Of a stretch of 64,000 bases of DNA, positions 36,845 through 44,920 are shown piece after piece. The DNA lies in contig CAZEBZ010000001.1 of NCBI GenBank assembly GCA_964510775.1, positions 21,608-85,607 of the forward strand. The letters run 5' to 3'. A program made the translations under genes and the position numbers. Source of the stretch: an uncultured Thermodesulfobacteriota bacterium (GTDB taxonomy: Bacteria; Desulfobacterota; GWC2-55-46; JADFVP01). Every line of letters begins with the position of its first letter. The first letter of the stretch is position 1. Below the pieces are notes generated by a model. It was not told the DNA's origin. It made no database searches and was given only the letters and a program-made list of their open reading frames with translations.

Positions 36845-38095
36845 ATGAGTATGACTGCACCGGACTTTAATGAGAGGAATGATAAGAAGGGGGCTCGTAA
36901 GGGTATCTCATGGAATATCCCTATGGCCGGCAAGGGATATACAGCCGGGCAAGAGGGGGGCTCTATTAATGAAAAACGCGCCTTTAAGAATATAAAAAAG
37001 TGCGGTCATCTCTCAGAGAGGCGAGGCAGTAGTACTCTATCTTCAACTGTAGAGAAAACCCAAAAAATTTCCGGTATCATAGGCGCCTCTCCTGCGATAC
37101 GTTCTATCTTTAATATCATACAAAAAGTCGCAAGAACCTCTTCAAGCGTGCTTATAAACGGTGAGTCAGGTACAGGTAAGGAGCTTGTTGCTCGGGCCGT
37201 ACATAACAGCTCCGCCTCTGGCGCAAGTTCTCCCTTTATCGCCATAAACTGCGGGGCGCTGCCTGCAGGTCTTATGGAGAGCGAGCTTTTTGGTCATGAG
37301 AGGGGGGCTTTTACTGGGGCGTCTGCAAAGAAGGTTGGCAAGGCCGAGCTTGCAGAGGGAGGTACGCTCTTTCTCGATGAAATAGCCGCTATGCCTCTGA
37401 ATCTACAAGTAAAACTCCTCCGTTTTATTCAGGAGAGGACATTTACGCGCGTAGGCGGTAATATCCCTGTAAAGGTGAACCTCCGTATCATAGCCGCCGC
37501 TAATACAGATCTGCGAGAGGCTGTGAGAAGGGGCGAATTCAGAGAAGACCTCTTTTATCGTTTGAACGTAATTCCTCTTCTCCTTCCGCCCTTGAGGGAC
37601 AGGGGAGGGGATATTCTACTTCTTGCCAAGTTCTTTCTCCATAAGTATAGTGAAAAATACTCAAGGCCTTGCACCACTCTCTCTTTTGAGGCCTTGAATG
37701 CCCTTGAGGTTTATGATTGGCCAGGTAATGTGCGCGAGCTTGAGAATATTATGGAGCGCCTCGTAGTCCTTGCCCCTGATGAGGGCCTTATATCAAAATC
37801 CGCTCTGCCGGGGGAGATTATATCGGCCGTTAATAAAAGGCCTTTAACTCCTGAAAATTTTGTAATGCCCTCAGCCTCGGATTTTAAGGGAGCTGTAAGG
37901 GCATTTGAACGCTCATACATAACGAATTTACTTTACGAGACAGGGTGGAACCGAGTGGAGACTGCCCGCCTTATGAGAGTACACAGAAATACCCTCCTTC
38001 AGAAGATGAAGACCCTTCATATTAGTAGAGCTGATGAAGACAAGGCAGAGTTTTGCAGCCCTTTAGCTTCGAGTGAGACAAGAAGGGCCTCATAA
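36845..38095 (+). CDS. sigma54-dependent transcriptional activator lacking a receiver/sensor domain (AAA+ with GAFTGA, C-terminal HTH)
   Basis: 416 aa; ~90 aa Lys/Gly-rich apparently unstructured N-terminus, then Walker A GESGTGKE, ERGAFTGA, Walker B, Arg finger, HTH. Confidence 0.8.
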   Translation: MSMTAPDFNERNDKKGARKGISWNIPMAGKGYTAGQEGGSINEKRAFKNIKKCGHLSERRGSSTLSSTVEKTQKISGIIGASPAIRSIFNIIQKVARTSSSVLINGESGTGKELVARAVHNSSASGASSPFIAINCGALPAGLMESELFGHERGAFTGASAKKVGKAELAEGGTLFLDEIAAMPLNLQVKLLRFIQERTFTRVGGNIPVKVNLRIIAAANTDLREAVRRGEFREDLFYRLNVIPLLLPPLRDRGGDILLLAKFFLHKYSEKYSRPCTTLSFEALNALEVYDWPGNVRELENIMERLVVLAPDEGLISKSALPGEIISAVNKRPLTPENFVMPSASDFKGAVRAFERSYITNLLYETGWNRVETARLMRVHRNTLLQKMKTLHISRADEDKAEFCSPLASSETRRAS

Positions 38096-38271
38096 TCAGT
38101 AACCAGCCGAGTTATTTATACTCATCCCCTGCACCTCCATTAAATTGAAATTGAAAAACCCCCTCATTTATGTTATTAAAAACCTATATCAATAATGGGT
38201 TGGTGGAAAAGGGCCTTTTATTTTTTCTCCATCTCTACACAATAATTAGATATTAAAAAACGGGGGTTTTA

Positions 38272-39024
38272 ATGTCAGGTCATTCCAAGTGGTCTACTAT
38301 TAAGCATAAAAAGGCCAAGACAGACGCGAAAAGGGGTAAAATATTCTCAAAACTCGTAAAGGAGCTAATAGTAGCCGCTAAGATTGGCGGGAGCGACGCC
38401 TCTGGAAATCCACGCCTTCGAACGGCTATAGACAAGGCAAAATCCGTTAATCTTCCCGCTGATAATATCGAGCGCGCCATTAAGAAAGGCGCCGGTGAGC
38501 TTGAGGGAACGACTTACGAAGAGGGTACTTACGAGGGTTACGGCTCCGGCGGGGTAGCCGTAATAGTCGAGTATATGACTGATAACAAGAACCGTACGGC
38601 CTCTGATGTGCGTCACGCCTTTACGAAACACGCCGGCAGTCTCGGTCAGAACGGCTCTGTCTCATGGATATTTGAGAGCAAGGGTTTTTTTGTATTTCCC
38701 CTTGATTCCATCGCCGAGGACGTACTCATGGAGGCCGCTATTGAGGCAGGCGCAGACGACGTAGTAGTTAACGCCGAGGATAACATTTACGAGGTCTACA
38801 CAGCTCCGGGGGAGTTTAATAACGTTAAGACGGCCTTTGACGAGGCGGGGCTAAAGTACGATCAGGGCGAGCTTACAATGATACCGAAGAACGAGGTTAA
38901 GGTCGAGGGGCGCACGGCCGAGAAGGTGATGAAGCTTCTTGACGACCTTGAGAATCTCGATGATGTGCAGAACGTATACGCCAACTTCGATATCTCCGCC
39001 GAGGAGATGGAGCGTATTGCCTGA
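38272..39024 (+). CDS. yebC: YebC/PmpR family DNA-binding transcriptional regulator
   Basis: 250 aa; N-terminal [28 protein letters not shown] hallmark. Confidence 0.9.
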   Translation: MSGHSKWSTIKHKKAKTDAKRGKIFSKLVKELIVAAKIGGSDASGNPRLRTAIDKAKSVNLPADNIERAIKKGAGELEGTTYEEGTYEGYGSGGVAVIVEYMTDNKNRTASDVRHAFTKHAGSLGQNGSVSWIFESKGFFVFPLDSIAEDVLMEAAIEAGADDVVVNAEDNIYEVYTAPGEFNNVKTAFDEAGLKYDQGELTMIPKNEVKVEGRTAEKVMKLLDDLENLDDVQNVYANFDISAEEMERIA

Positions 39025-39076
39025 TTTTTTTGTCAGGTCTTTTTTTTACTGTTCTTTCAGTGCAAAGAGGTGCCTT

Positions 39077-39625
39077 GTGAGAATCCTGGGAATTGACCCC
39101 GGCAGCCGGGTAACGGGTTACGGTCTTATCGAAGACAATGGCCGAGGCGCCTTCACCTCGCTCTGCCACGGTGAGATTTGCCTCTCGGCGGGTCTGCCGC
39201 TTCCGCAGAGGCTTCTGGCCTTATCAGAGGGCCTTGAAGAGGTTGTTGAAGAATACGCCCCTGATGTCATGTCCATTGAGTCTATATTTTTTGCTAAGAA
39301 CGCTAAGAGTTCCATTGTACTTGGCCAGGCCCGTGCCGTGCCTCTGCTCCTTGCCGCCTCTAAGGCGATTGAGGTCTTCGAGTACGCGCCGCGTATGGTG
39401 AAACTTGCCGTAACAGGCTACGGAGCGGCGAGTAAGGCTCAGGTGCAGACAATGATACTCTCGCTCCTAAAAATTACCGATACCCCTGGCGCAGATGCCT
39501 CCGACGCACTCGCTATTGCGTTATGCCATTCTTTGCGTAATTCCAGAGGCCTGCAGGTGAAGGGCGGGCGCAAGTCCTCAAAATCATGGCGCTCCATCTC
39601 CATCGCAGAGCCCTCTAAGGGATAG
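39077..39625 (+). CDS. ruvC: crossover junction endodeoxyribonuclease RuvC
   Basis: GTG start with RBS AAAGAGG 6 nt upstream giving MRILGIDPGS (RuvC N-terminal catalytic Asp); the longer ORF from 38939 overlaps yebC and is rejected. Confidence 0.85.
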   Translation: MRILGIDPGSRVTGYGLIEDNGRGAFTSLCHGEICLSAGLPLPQRLLALSEGLEEVVEEYAPDVMSIESIFFAKNAKSSIVLGQARAVPLLLAASKAIEVFEYAPRMVKLAVTGYGAASKAQVQTMILSLLKITDTPGADASDALAIALCHSLRNSRGLQVKGGRKSSKSWRSISIAEPSKG

Positions 39626-39635
39626 ACACCACTTT

Positions 39636-40238
39636 ATGATAGCCCATCTTAGCGGAACTATAATACGAAAGGACAGCGAGGCCGTTGTCCTTGATGTTGG
39701 AGGTGTTGGATACAGCCTTTTTATACCCCTCTCTACCTACGCGGCGCTGCCTGAGCCCGGAGCGCTGGTAAATCTGCATGTCCATACAACTCTTCGTGAC
39801 GACTCTATAAAACTATATGGTTTTCTTACCTCAGGTGAGAAAGACCTCTTCCGTTTATTTATTACCGTATCGGGCATAGGGCCAAAACTTGCCCGTAATA
39901 TTTTATCAGGGCTCTCTGTAGATGACCTCGTTAGGGCCATATCTACTGAGGATAAGGCAAAGCTCTCTACAGTTCCGGGGGTTGGCAGAAAGGCCACGGA
40001 GCGTATAATTATCGATCTTAAAGATAAGGTCGGAGTGCTTGGCCTTACAAGTGAGACAAAACAAACCGCAGGCGGAGCAGTCCCCGACGAGGTAGTCTCG
40101 GCTCTACTTAACCTCGGGTACAAGGCCGCTCCCGCAGGTGAGGCCGTAGAGCGGGCCATTGAGAACCTCGGCGGAGGTGATACTGTCTTTGAGACATTAT
40201 TAAAAGAATCTCTTCGAGAGATATCCGCAAAGAAGTGA
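39636..40238 (+). CDS. ruvA: Holliday junction DNA helicase RuvA
   Basis: 200 aa; MIAHLSGTI N-terminus; HhH motifs; operon position. Confidence 0.9.
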   Translation: MIAHLSGTIIRKDSEAVVLDVGGVGYSLFIPLSTYAALPEPGALVNLHVHTTLRDDSIKLYGFLTSGEKDLFRLFITVSGIGPKLARNILSGLSVDDLVRAISTEDKAKLSTVPGVGRKATERIIIDLKDKVGVLGLTSETKQTAGGAVPDEVVSALLNLGYKAAPAGEAVERAIENLGGGDTVFETLLKESLREISAKK

Positions 40239-40303
40239 CTCTTGTCTAAATCAATATACGAATGGTTGTCTGTATATAAGGCTTTTTTTCACTGGAGATA
40301 AAA

Positions 40304-41323
40304 TTGAACGATGATGCCGTACTTCCAATAAAGACGGCTGAGGACGAGGGTTTTGAGGTCACTCTTCGGCCCCGTCAGCTCGCGGACTTTGTTGGTCAGG
40401 AAAAACTAAAGAACAACCTCTCTGTCTTTATCGAGGCCGCGCGAAAAAGAGGCGAGGCCCTTGACCATGTACTCTTTTACGGCCCGCCGGGCCTCGGTAA
40501 GACTACCCTTGCCAATATCATGGCAAATGAGCTTGGAAGCCAGATAACCGTTACCTCAGGGCCTGCAATCGAGCGCACAGGCGACCTTGCCGCCATGCTC
40601 ACTAACCTTGAGACGCGCGACTGCCTCTTTGTCGATGAGATACACCGCCTTCCAACAGTAGTGGAAGAGATGCTCTACCCCGCTATGGAGGATTATTATA
40701 TTGATATTATTATCGGCGAGGGCCCTGGAGCGAGGTCGGTGCGCCTTGATGTAACGCCCTTTACCCTTATTGGCGCTACGACGCGTGCTGGGCTCTTGTC
40801 ATCGCCGCTGCGCGACAGGTTCGGCGTTGTGATGCGCCTTGATTTTTATACTCCTGAGGAGATATGCACAATAGTCAGACGCTCTGCGGGAATTCTAAAT
40901 ATTGAGGTTACGGCAGATGGCGCGGCGGAGATTGCCCGCCGATCACGGGGTACGCCTCGCATAGCTAACAGGCTCCTTAAACGTGTGCGGGACTTTGCCG
41001 AGGTTCGTGCCGACGGTCTAGTTACGGCTACGGTAGCGGGTGAGGCCCTCTCTATGCTTGAGATTGACAAGCGTGGTTTTGATAAGATGGATAGACGTAT
41101 TCTCCTTACTATTATCGATAAGTTTGGCGGCGGCCCCGTTGGCATCGATACCCTAAGCACGGCTCTCTCAGAAGAGCGTGACGCCATCGAGGATCTGTAC
41201 GAGCCTTATCTCATTCAGGAGGGTTTTATTAACCGCACTCCACGGGGCAGAGTCGCCACGGCCACGGCATACGAGCACCTCGGCAGGATTTTCACGGAAG
41301 ATAATCAGAAAAAACTTTTTTAA
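40304..41323 (+). CDS. ruvB: Holliday junction branch migration helicase RuvB
   Basis: 339 aa; Walker [10 protein letters not shown]; RuvB sensor motifs. Confidence 0.95.
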   Translation: MNDDAVLPIKTAEDEGFEVTLRPRQLADFVGQEKLKNNLSVFIEAARKRGEALDHVLFYGPPGLGKTTLANIMANELGSQITVTSGPAIERTGDLAAMLTNLETRDCLFVDEIHRLPTVVEEMLYPAMEDYYIDIIIGEGPGARSVRLDVTPFTLIGATTRAGLLSSPLRDRFGVVMRLDFYTPEEICTIVRRSAGILNIEVTADGAAEIARRSRGTPRIANRLLKRVRDFAEVRADGLVTATVAGEALSMLEIDKRGFDKMDRRILLTIIDKFGGGPVGIDTLSTALSEERDAIEDLYEPYLIQEGFINRTPRGRVATATAYEHLGRIFTEDNQKKLF

Positions 41324-41335
41324 TGTTTGGGTGCC

Positions 41336-41360
41336 TGTAGGGTGGGCTGTGCCCACCAAA
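41336..41360. repeat. REP-like palindrome copy 1 (TGTAGGGTGGGC-tgt-GCCCACCAAA)
   Basis: 7-bp arms GGTGGGC/GCCCACC with 3-nt loop. Confidence 0.8.
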
Positions 41361-41417
41361 TCTTTCTTGCATGATGGGTGAAGCGCAACTCAATCCATCA
41401 AATGTTTTGATTATTTG

Positions 41418-41440
41418 CAGGGTGGGCTTTACCCACCAAA
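41418..41440. repeat. REP-like palindrome copy 2 (degenerate: GCAGGGTGGGC-ttta-CCCACCAAA)
   Basis: 6-bp arms; same flanking CAAAAAAAC as copy 4. Confidence 0.7.
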
Positions 41441-41556
41441 AAAACAGATTATTCTCCTTTTTTTTATATGGGTAGTAAGTGAAGTAATGTATTTTTTCGG
41501 TATTTGAAAAACATGAATTCGGTTAAATTTTCTTAGAACACAGGTACGCAATAAAA

Positions 41557-41584
41557 AACGGTGGGCAGTGCCCACCCTACAAAG
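41557..41584. repeat. REP-like palindrome copy 3, inverted orientation (CGGTGGGCAGTGCCCACCCTACAAAG); left terminal inverted repeat of the HNH cassette
   Basis: reverse complement is identical to copy 4 over 24 bp. Confidence 0.8.
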
Positions 41585-41625
41585 CTGAATTTGTTGTGTT
41601 CATGTGTTAATGCAAGAGTCTCTCG

Positions 41626-42219
41626 ATGAATCAAAAACAAAAATTATTTGCATTGTTGGTGAAATTTTGCAATGTGAATGGAAGCAGAACATTTACTCTA
41701 TTGGAGCTAAATAATGCTTATCATAATTATCAAATCATTGGTATTGGAGGAAAGACCCCTCGATCAACTGTCAGGAGGCTTTTGCAGGAGTTAAGGGATG
41801 ATGGGTTAATTTCATTTTTGGATTTAAGGGGTGCCTATACTTTACGCGGAGTTGACCTTCTTGACAAAGAAGTTGAAAATAAAAAAATTGCACAAATTGC
41901 TTTAGAAATAAAGAAACCTGAAAAAAAAGAATATTTTATTGAAACATATGCACGAAATCGTGGTTGGGTAAAAGAGGCTAAAGAAAAATTAGGTTTACAT
42001 TGTTTGTATCCTCAGTGCCATAACTCATTTATTAAAAATGATGGAACTCGTTATATTGAAGTTCATCATATAATTCCATTGCATGCAGGCGGCGTGGATG
42101 GCATTTGGAACTTATCTGTTGTTTGTGCTCATCATCATAAAATGGCACATTTTGCCAAGATAAAAACTCGTAAACATATTGAACAAACTTTATTGAGGGA
42201 AACAGAATGCAGAATTTAG
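41626..42219 (+). CDS. HNH endonuclease with N-terminal winged-helix-like domain
   Basis: 197 aa; HNH motif CLYPQCH...YIEVHHIIPLHAGGVDGIWNLSVVCAHHHKMAH (CxxC, HH, N, H); AT-rich codon usage unlike neighbours. Confidence 0.7.
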   Translation: MNQKQKLFALLVKFCNVNGSRTFTLLELNNAYHNYQIIGIGGKTPRSTVRRLLQELRDDGLISFLDLRGAYTLRGVDLLDKEVENKKIAQIALEIKKPEKKEYFIETYARNRGWVKEAKEKLGLHCLYPQCHNSFIKNDGTRYIEVHHIIPLHAGGVDGIWNLSVVCAHHHKMAHFAKIKTRKHIEQTLLRETECRI

Positions 42220-42404
42220 AAAATTATGCAGGAGCAATAGCATTAAGAATTTCAGATGAGTGGCATGGACAGTCAGATTTTCCAGAAGATGCTATTTTAC
42301 TCAGGAAAGTTTTACAAAAAGTACTAGTTGATAACCCTGAAGAATGTAAAAAATTAATCGGGACTGGAATTATAGAAGAAGATTATTTTGAAGATTTATC
42401 ATAG
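42207..42404 (+). CDS. small acidic protein (65 aa) translationally coupled to the HNH gene; possible immunity/inhibitor partner
   Basis: 13-nt overlap with HNH ORF; strongly acidic (many D/E); same AT-rich composition. Confidence 0.4.
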   Translation: MQNLENYAGAIALRISDEWHGQSDFPEDAILLRKVLQKVLVDNPEECKKLIGTGIIEEDYFEDLS

Positions 42405-42405
42405 T

Positions 42406-42432
42406 TTTGTAGGGTGGGCACTGCCCACCAAA
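42406..42432. repeat. REP-like palindrome copy 4 (TTTTGTAGGGTGGGCACTGCCCACCAAAAAAAC); right terminal inverted repeat of the HNH cassette
   Basis: 7-bp arms GGTGGGC/GCCCACC; exact inverted copy of copy 3. Confidence 0.8.
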
Positions 42433-42448
42433 AAAACATTTTAAAAAA

Positions 42449-43075
42449 ATGAACCCATCAAAAAAAACAATTAAGAAAATACTCGTTCACATGTGCTGCG
42501 GGCCATGCTCCATCTATCCCTTAAAAGAGGTTATGAGAGAGAGAGCCGAGGTATGGGGTTTTTTTTATAACCCTAATATCCATCCGCGCGACGAATTTAA
42601 TAAACGCCTAAATGCCGTAAAGAAACTTTCCAATCTTATGGGCTTAAATGTGATTTATGACGAAGAATACAAACCTCGCGAATTTATAAAGGGCGTTAAA
42701 TCCTCCGGCTCTGGCTCACGTGCTTTTGGCGAGCGATGCGTCTACTGCTATGAGAGCCGTCTTGAGGCCGTGGCAAAGAAGGCCTCCGAACAAGGCTTTG
42801 ACGCCTTCACATCGTCACTCCTCTACAGCAAGTATCAGGACCATGATGGGATAAAAAAGGCGGGAAGGGAGTTTGCCAAAAAGTACGACGTAGAGTTCTT
42901 TTATGAGGACTTTCGCGGCGGCTGGATAGAGGGCATTGAGAAATCACGGGAGATGGAGCTGTACCGCCAAAAATACTGCGGCTGTATATACAGCAAGATC
43001 GAGCGCGAAGAAGAGAAGAGGGCCAAAAAAGAGGCAAAGCGGCTGAAACGAGAAAAGCTCCTTCTCAGCAGTTAG
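42449..43075 (+). CDS. queH: epoxyqueuosine reductase QueH (DUF208)
   Basis: 208 aa; hallmark HMCCGPCS N-terminal motif and additional conserved Cys (CVYC, CGC). Confidence 0.8.
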   Translation: MNPSKKTIKKILVHMCCGPCSIYPLKEVMRERAEVWGFFYNPNIHPRDEFNKRLNAVKKLSNLMGLNVIYDEEYKPREFIKGVKSSGSGSRAFGERCVYCYESRLEAVAKKASEQGFDAFTSSLLYSKYQDHDGIKKAGREFAKKYDVEFFYEDFRGGWIEGIEKSREMELYRQKYCGCIYSKIEREEEKRAKKEAKRLKREKLLLSS

Positions 43076-43141
43076 TTATAAACAATATTCGATATTAATT
43101 ATCGCTAATACACTGCGTTCTTTTTTCTCTTACGGAATCCA

Positions 43142-44353
43142 ATGAAAAACCTTATCATAGAGCCTATAAATGCGCCTGCCGTCTTTGAGCGCCCCGTTGA
43201 GATAGTGGAGCGAAAGGGCAGGGGGCACCCTGATTTCATCTGCGACGCCCTTATGGAGTCTGTCTCCACGGCCTTGTCTCAGAAATATATTGAACTCGCC
43301 GGCCGTGTCCTTCATTTTAATATTGATAAGGCCCTTCTTGTAGCGGGAGAGGTGGAAAAACACTTTGGCGGCGGCTCTGTAATTACACCTATGGAGCTTA
43401 TTATCGGAGACAGGGCGACTTTTAAGTATAATGGGATAGGTTTTCCAGTTGCCCTTACTGCTCGCGAGGCTGCGTTAAGGTGGTTTAAAGATAACCTGCC
43501 TGCCATTAATATTGAGAAAGATATAAAAATTACAATAGCTCTAAAGGCCGGCTCCCCTGAGCTTACGGGGATTTTTAACGAGGACAAGGCTCTTAACCCC
43601 GCGGCGAACGATACTTCCGTGGCAGTTGGGCTTGCTCCTCTTACACCAACGGAGCGGGCTGTTCTTGATCTTGAGTCTCATATTAACTCACCTTCTTTCA
43701 AGGCCTCTTTTCCTGAACTCGGCAGTGATGTGAAGGTAATGGGGTGTAGAAGAGGCACAGTCCTTCATCTTACCCTGGCATGCCCTTTATTTGCCGAGAT
43801 GATAGAAGATGAGAGGCATTATTTTTGTAGAAAAGAGGCTATTTATAAGGCAATGGGGGACTTTACCGTTAAGATGCCTTTTTCTGAGGTAAGCACTGAT
43901 TATAATTGCCTTGATAAGGCCGGCATCGGTGAGGCCGGCACCTACCTTACATTCCTTGGAACATCTGCTGAAGACGGCGATTCAGGAGAGGTGGGGCGAG
44001 GTAACTCCATTCGCGGAGTAATCGCAGCAAATAGAGCAGGTACGGCAGAGGCGGCGGCGGGAAAAAACCCCGTAAGCCATGTTGGAAAGATATACTCTAT
44101 ACTCGCGCAGCTTCTTGCCGATGAAATTTTTAAGAGCGAACTCTCAGTAAAAGAAGTCCGTCTATGGCTCCTTAGCCAAATAGGAGCGCCCGTAGAGGCC
44201 CCTAAGCAGATTTACGTCGAGGTAATTCCTGCAAAGAAGGGTTTTCACAGAGTCGAGGCCTCTAAGAGGATTACTGATATCGTTGAGTCCGGCCTTGCAG
44301 ATATTAATTCACTTAGGGAAGGGCTTATAAAGGGTGAGTATCCTATGTGCTGA
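43142..44353 (+). CDS. S-adenosylmethionine synthetase, archaeal type (MAT)
   Basis: 403 aa (archaeal MAT length); N-terminal ERKGRGHPDFICD motif; no similarity pattern to bacterial MetK GHPDK..CDQ layout. Confidence 0.55.
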   Translation: MKNLIIEPINAPAVFERPVEIVERKGRGHPDFICDALMESVSTALSQKYIELAGRVLHFNIDKALLVAGEVEKHFGGGSVITPMELIIGDRATFKYNGIGFPVALTAREAALRWFKDNLPAINIEKDIKITIALKAGSPELTGIFNEDKALNPAANDTSVAVGLAPLTPTERAVLDLESHINSPSFKASFPELGSDVKVMGCRRGTVLHLTLACPLFAEMIEDERHYFCRKEAIYKAMGDFTVKMPFSEVSTDYNCLDKAGIGEAGTYLTFLGTSAEDGDSGEVGRGNSIRGVIAANRAGTAEAAAGKNPVSHVGKIYSILAQLLADEIFKSELSVKEVRLWLLSQIGAPVEAPKQIYVEVIPAKKGFHRVEASKRITDIVESGLADINSLREGLIKGEYPMC

Positions 44354-44376
44354 TTTACGGCGGAGGGAGTTTGACT

Positions 44377-44847
44377 GTGAGAGTTATAAGCGAGATCTCG
44401 GCAGGCGGTGTATTTGTGCGGCAAGGAGCAGATGGCCTTGAGGTAGTGCTTATTTCCGTAAGAGGCGGTAAACGCTGGGCTCTGCCAAAGGGCAGGCAGG
44501 ACGGGGGAGAGACCTTAGCTGAGACGGCCCTTCGAGAAGCCGCAGAGGAGACTGGTCTTAGGGGCCGTATCATCGCGCCTCTTGGCAGTATGGATTTTGA
44601 TTTTGTATTTATAGACGGCCCTGACTCTGAAAAACGCCATAAAATTGTCCATTTTTTTCTTATGGAAAATACAGGCGGCGATATTAAGGCCTATGACAGG
44701 GTCGAGATATCCGATTGCAGGTGGTTTCCCATACAAGAAGCAGCAGAGCTTCTTCGTTTTGAAGATGAGAGGGATATTGTCTATAGGGCAGAGTCTCTTT
44801 TTTTACGCCACGAAGGTGATAAAATTGACAAAAAAACTAGAGAATAA
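44377..44847 (+). CDS. Nudix hydrolase
   Basis: Nudix box GKRWALPKGRQDGGETLAETALREAAEETGL; GTG start with RBS GGAGGG 8 nt upstream (alternative GTG 44347 overlapping MAT stop). Confidence 0.75.
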   Translation: MRVISEISAGGVFVRQGADGLEVVLISVRGGKRWALPKGRQDGGETLAETALREAAEETGLRGRIIAPLGSMDFDFVFIDGPDSEKRHKIVHFFLMENTGGDIKAYDRVEISDCRWFPIQEAAELLRFEDERDIVYRAESLFLRHEGDKIDKKTRE

Positions 44848-44920
44848 AATCCCACACTTGCCTTTCAGCGCAGATTTAGTTATCCTGTTTTACTCAAAAA
44901 AAAAGGACTTTTAAATTATT

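Larger units (their letters stand above)
41557..42432 (+). mobile_element. AT-rich ~0.85 kb cassette bounded by 24-bp perfect inverted repeats, encoding a wHTH-HNH nuclease and a small acidic protein; putative mobile or defence cassette
   Basis: terminal inverted repeats at 41559-41584 and 42406-42430; marked drop in GC relative to flanks; inserted between ruvB and queH. Confidence 0.4.

Noticed and set aside
38939-39076. Long N-terminal extension of ruvC ORF (228 aa version)
   Set aside because: It overlaps the 3' end of yebC in another frame, and its N-terminus is low-complexity nonsense. A GTG with RBS at 39077 yields the canonical MRILGIDPGS start.
41336-42432. CRISPR array
   Set aside because: The repeats are self-complementary palindromes at irregular spacings (~60, ~120 and ~830 bp), one is inverted, and there are no uniform spacers. 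They are REP-like or terminal repeats, not CRISPR. No CRISPR array was found anywhere in the window.
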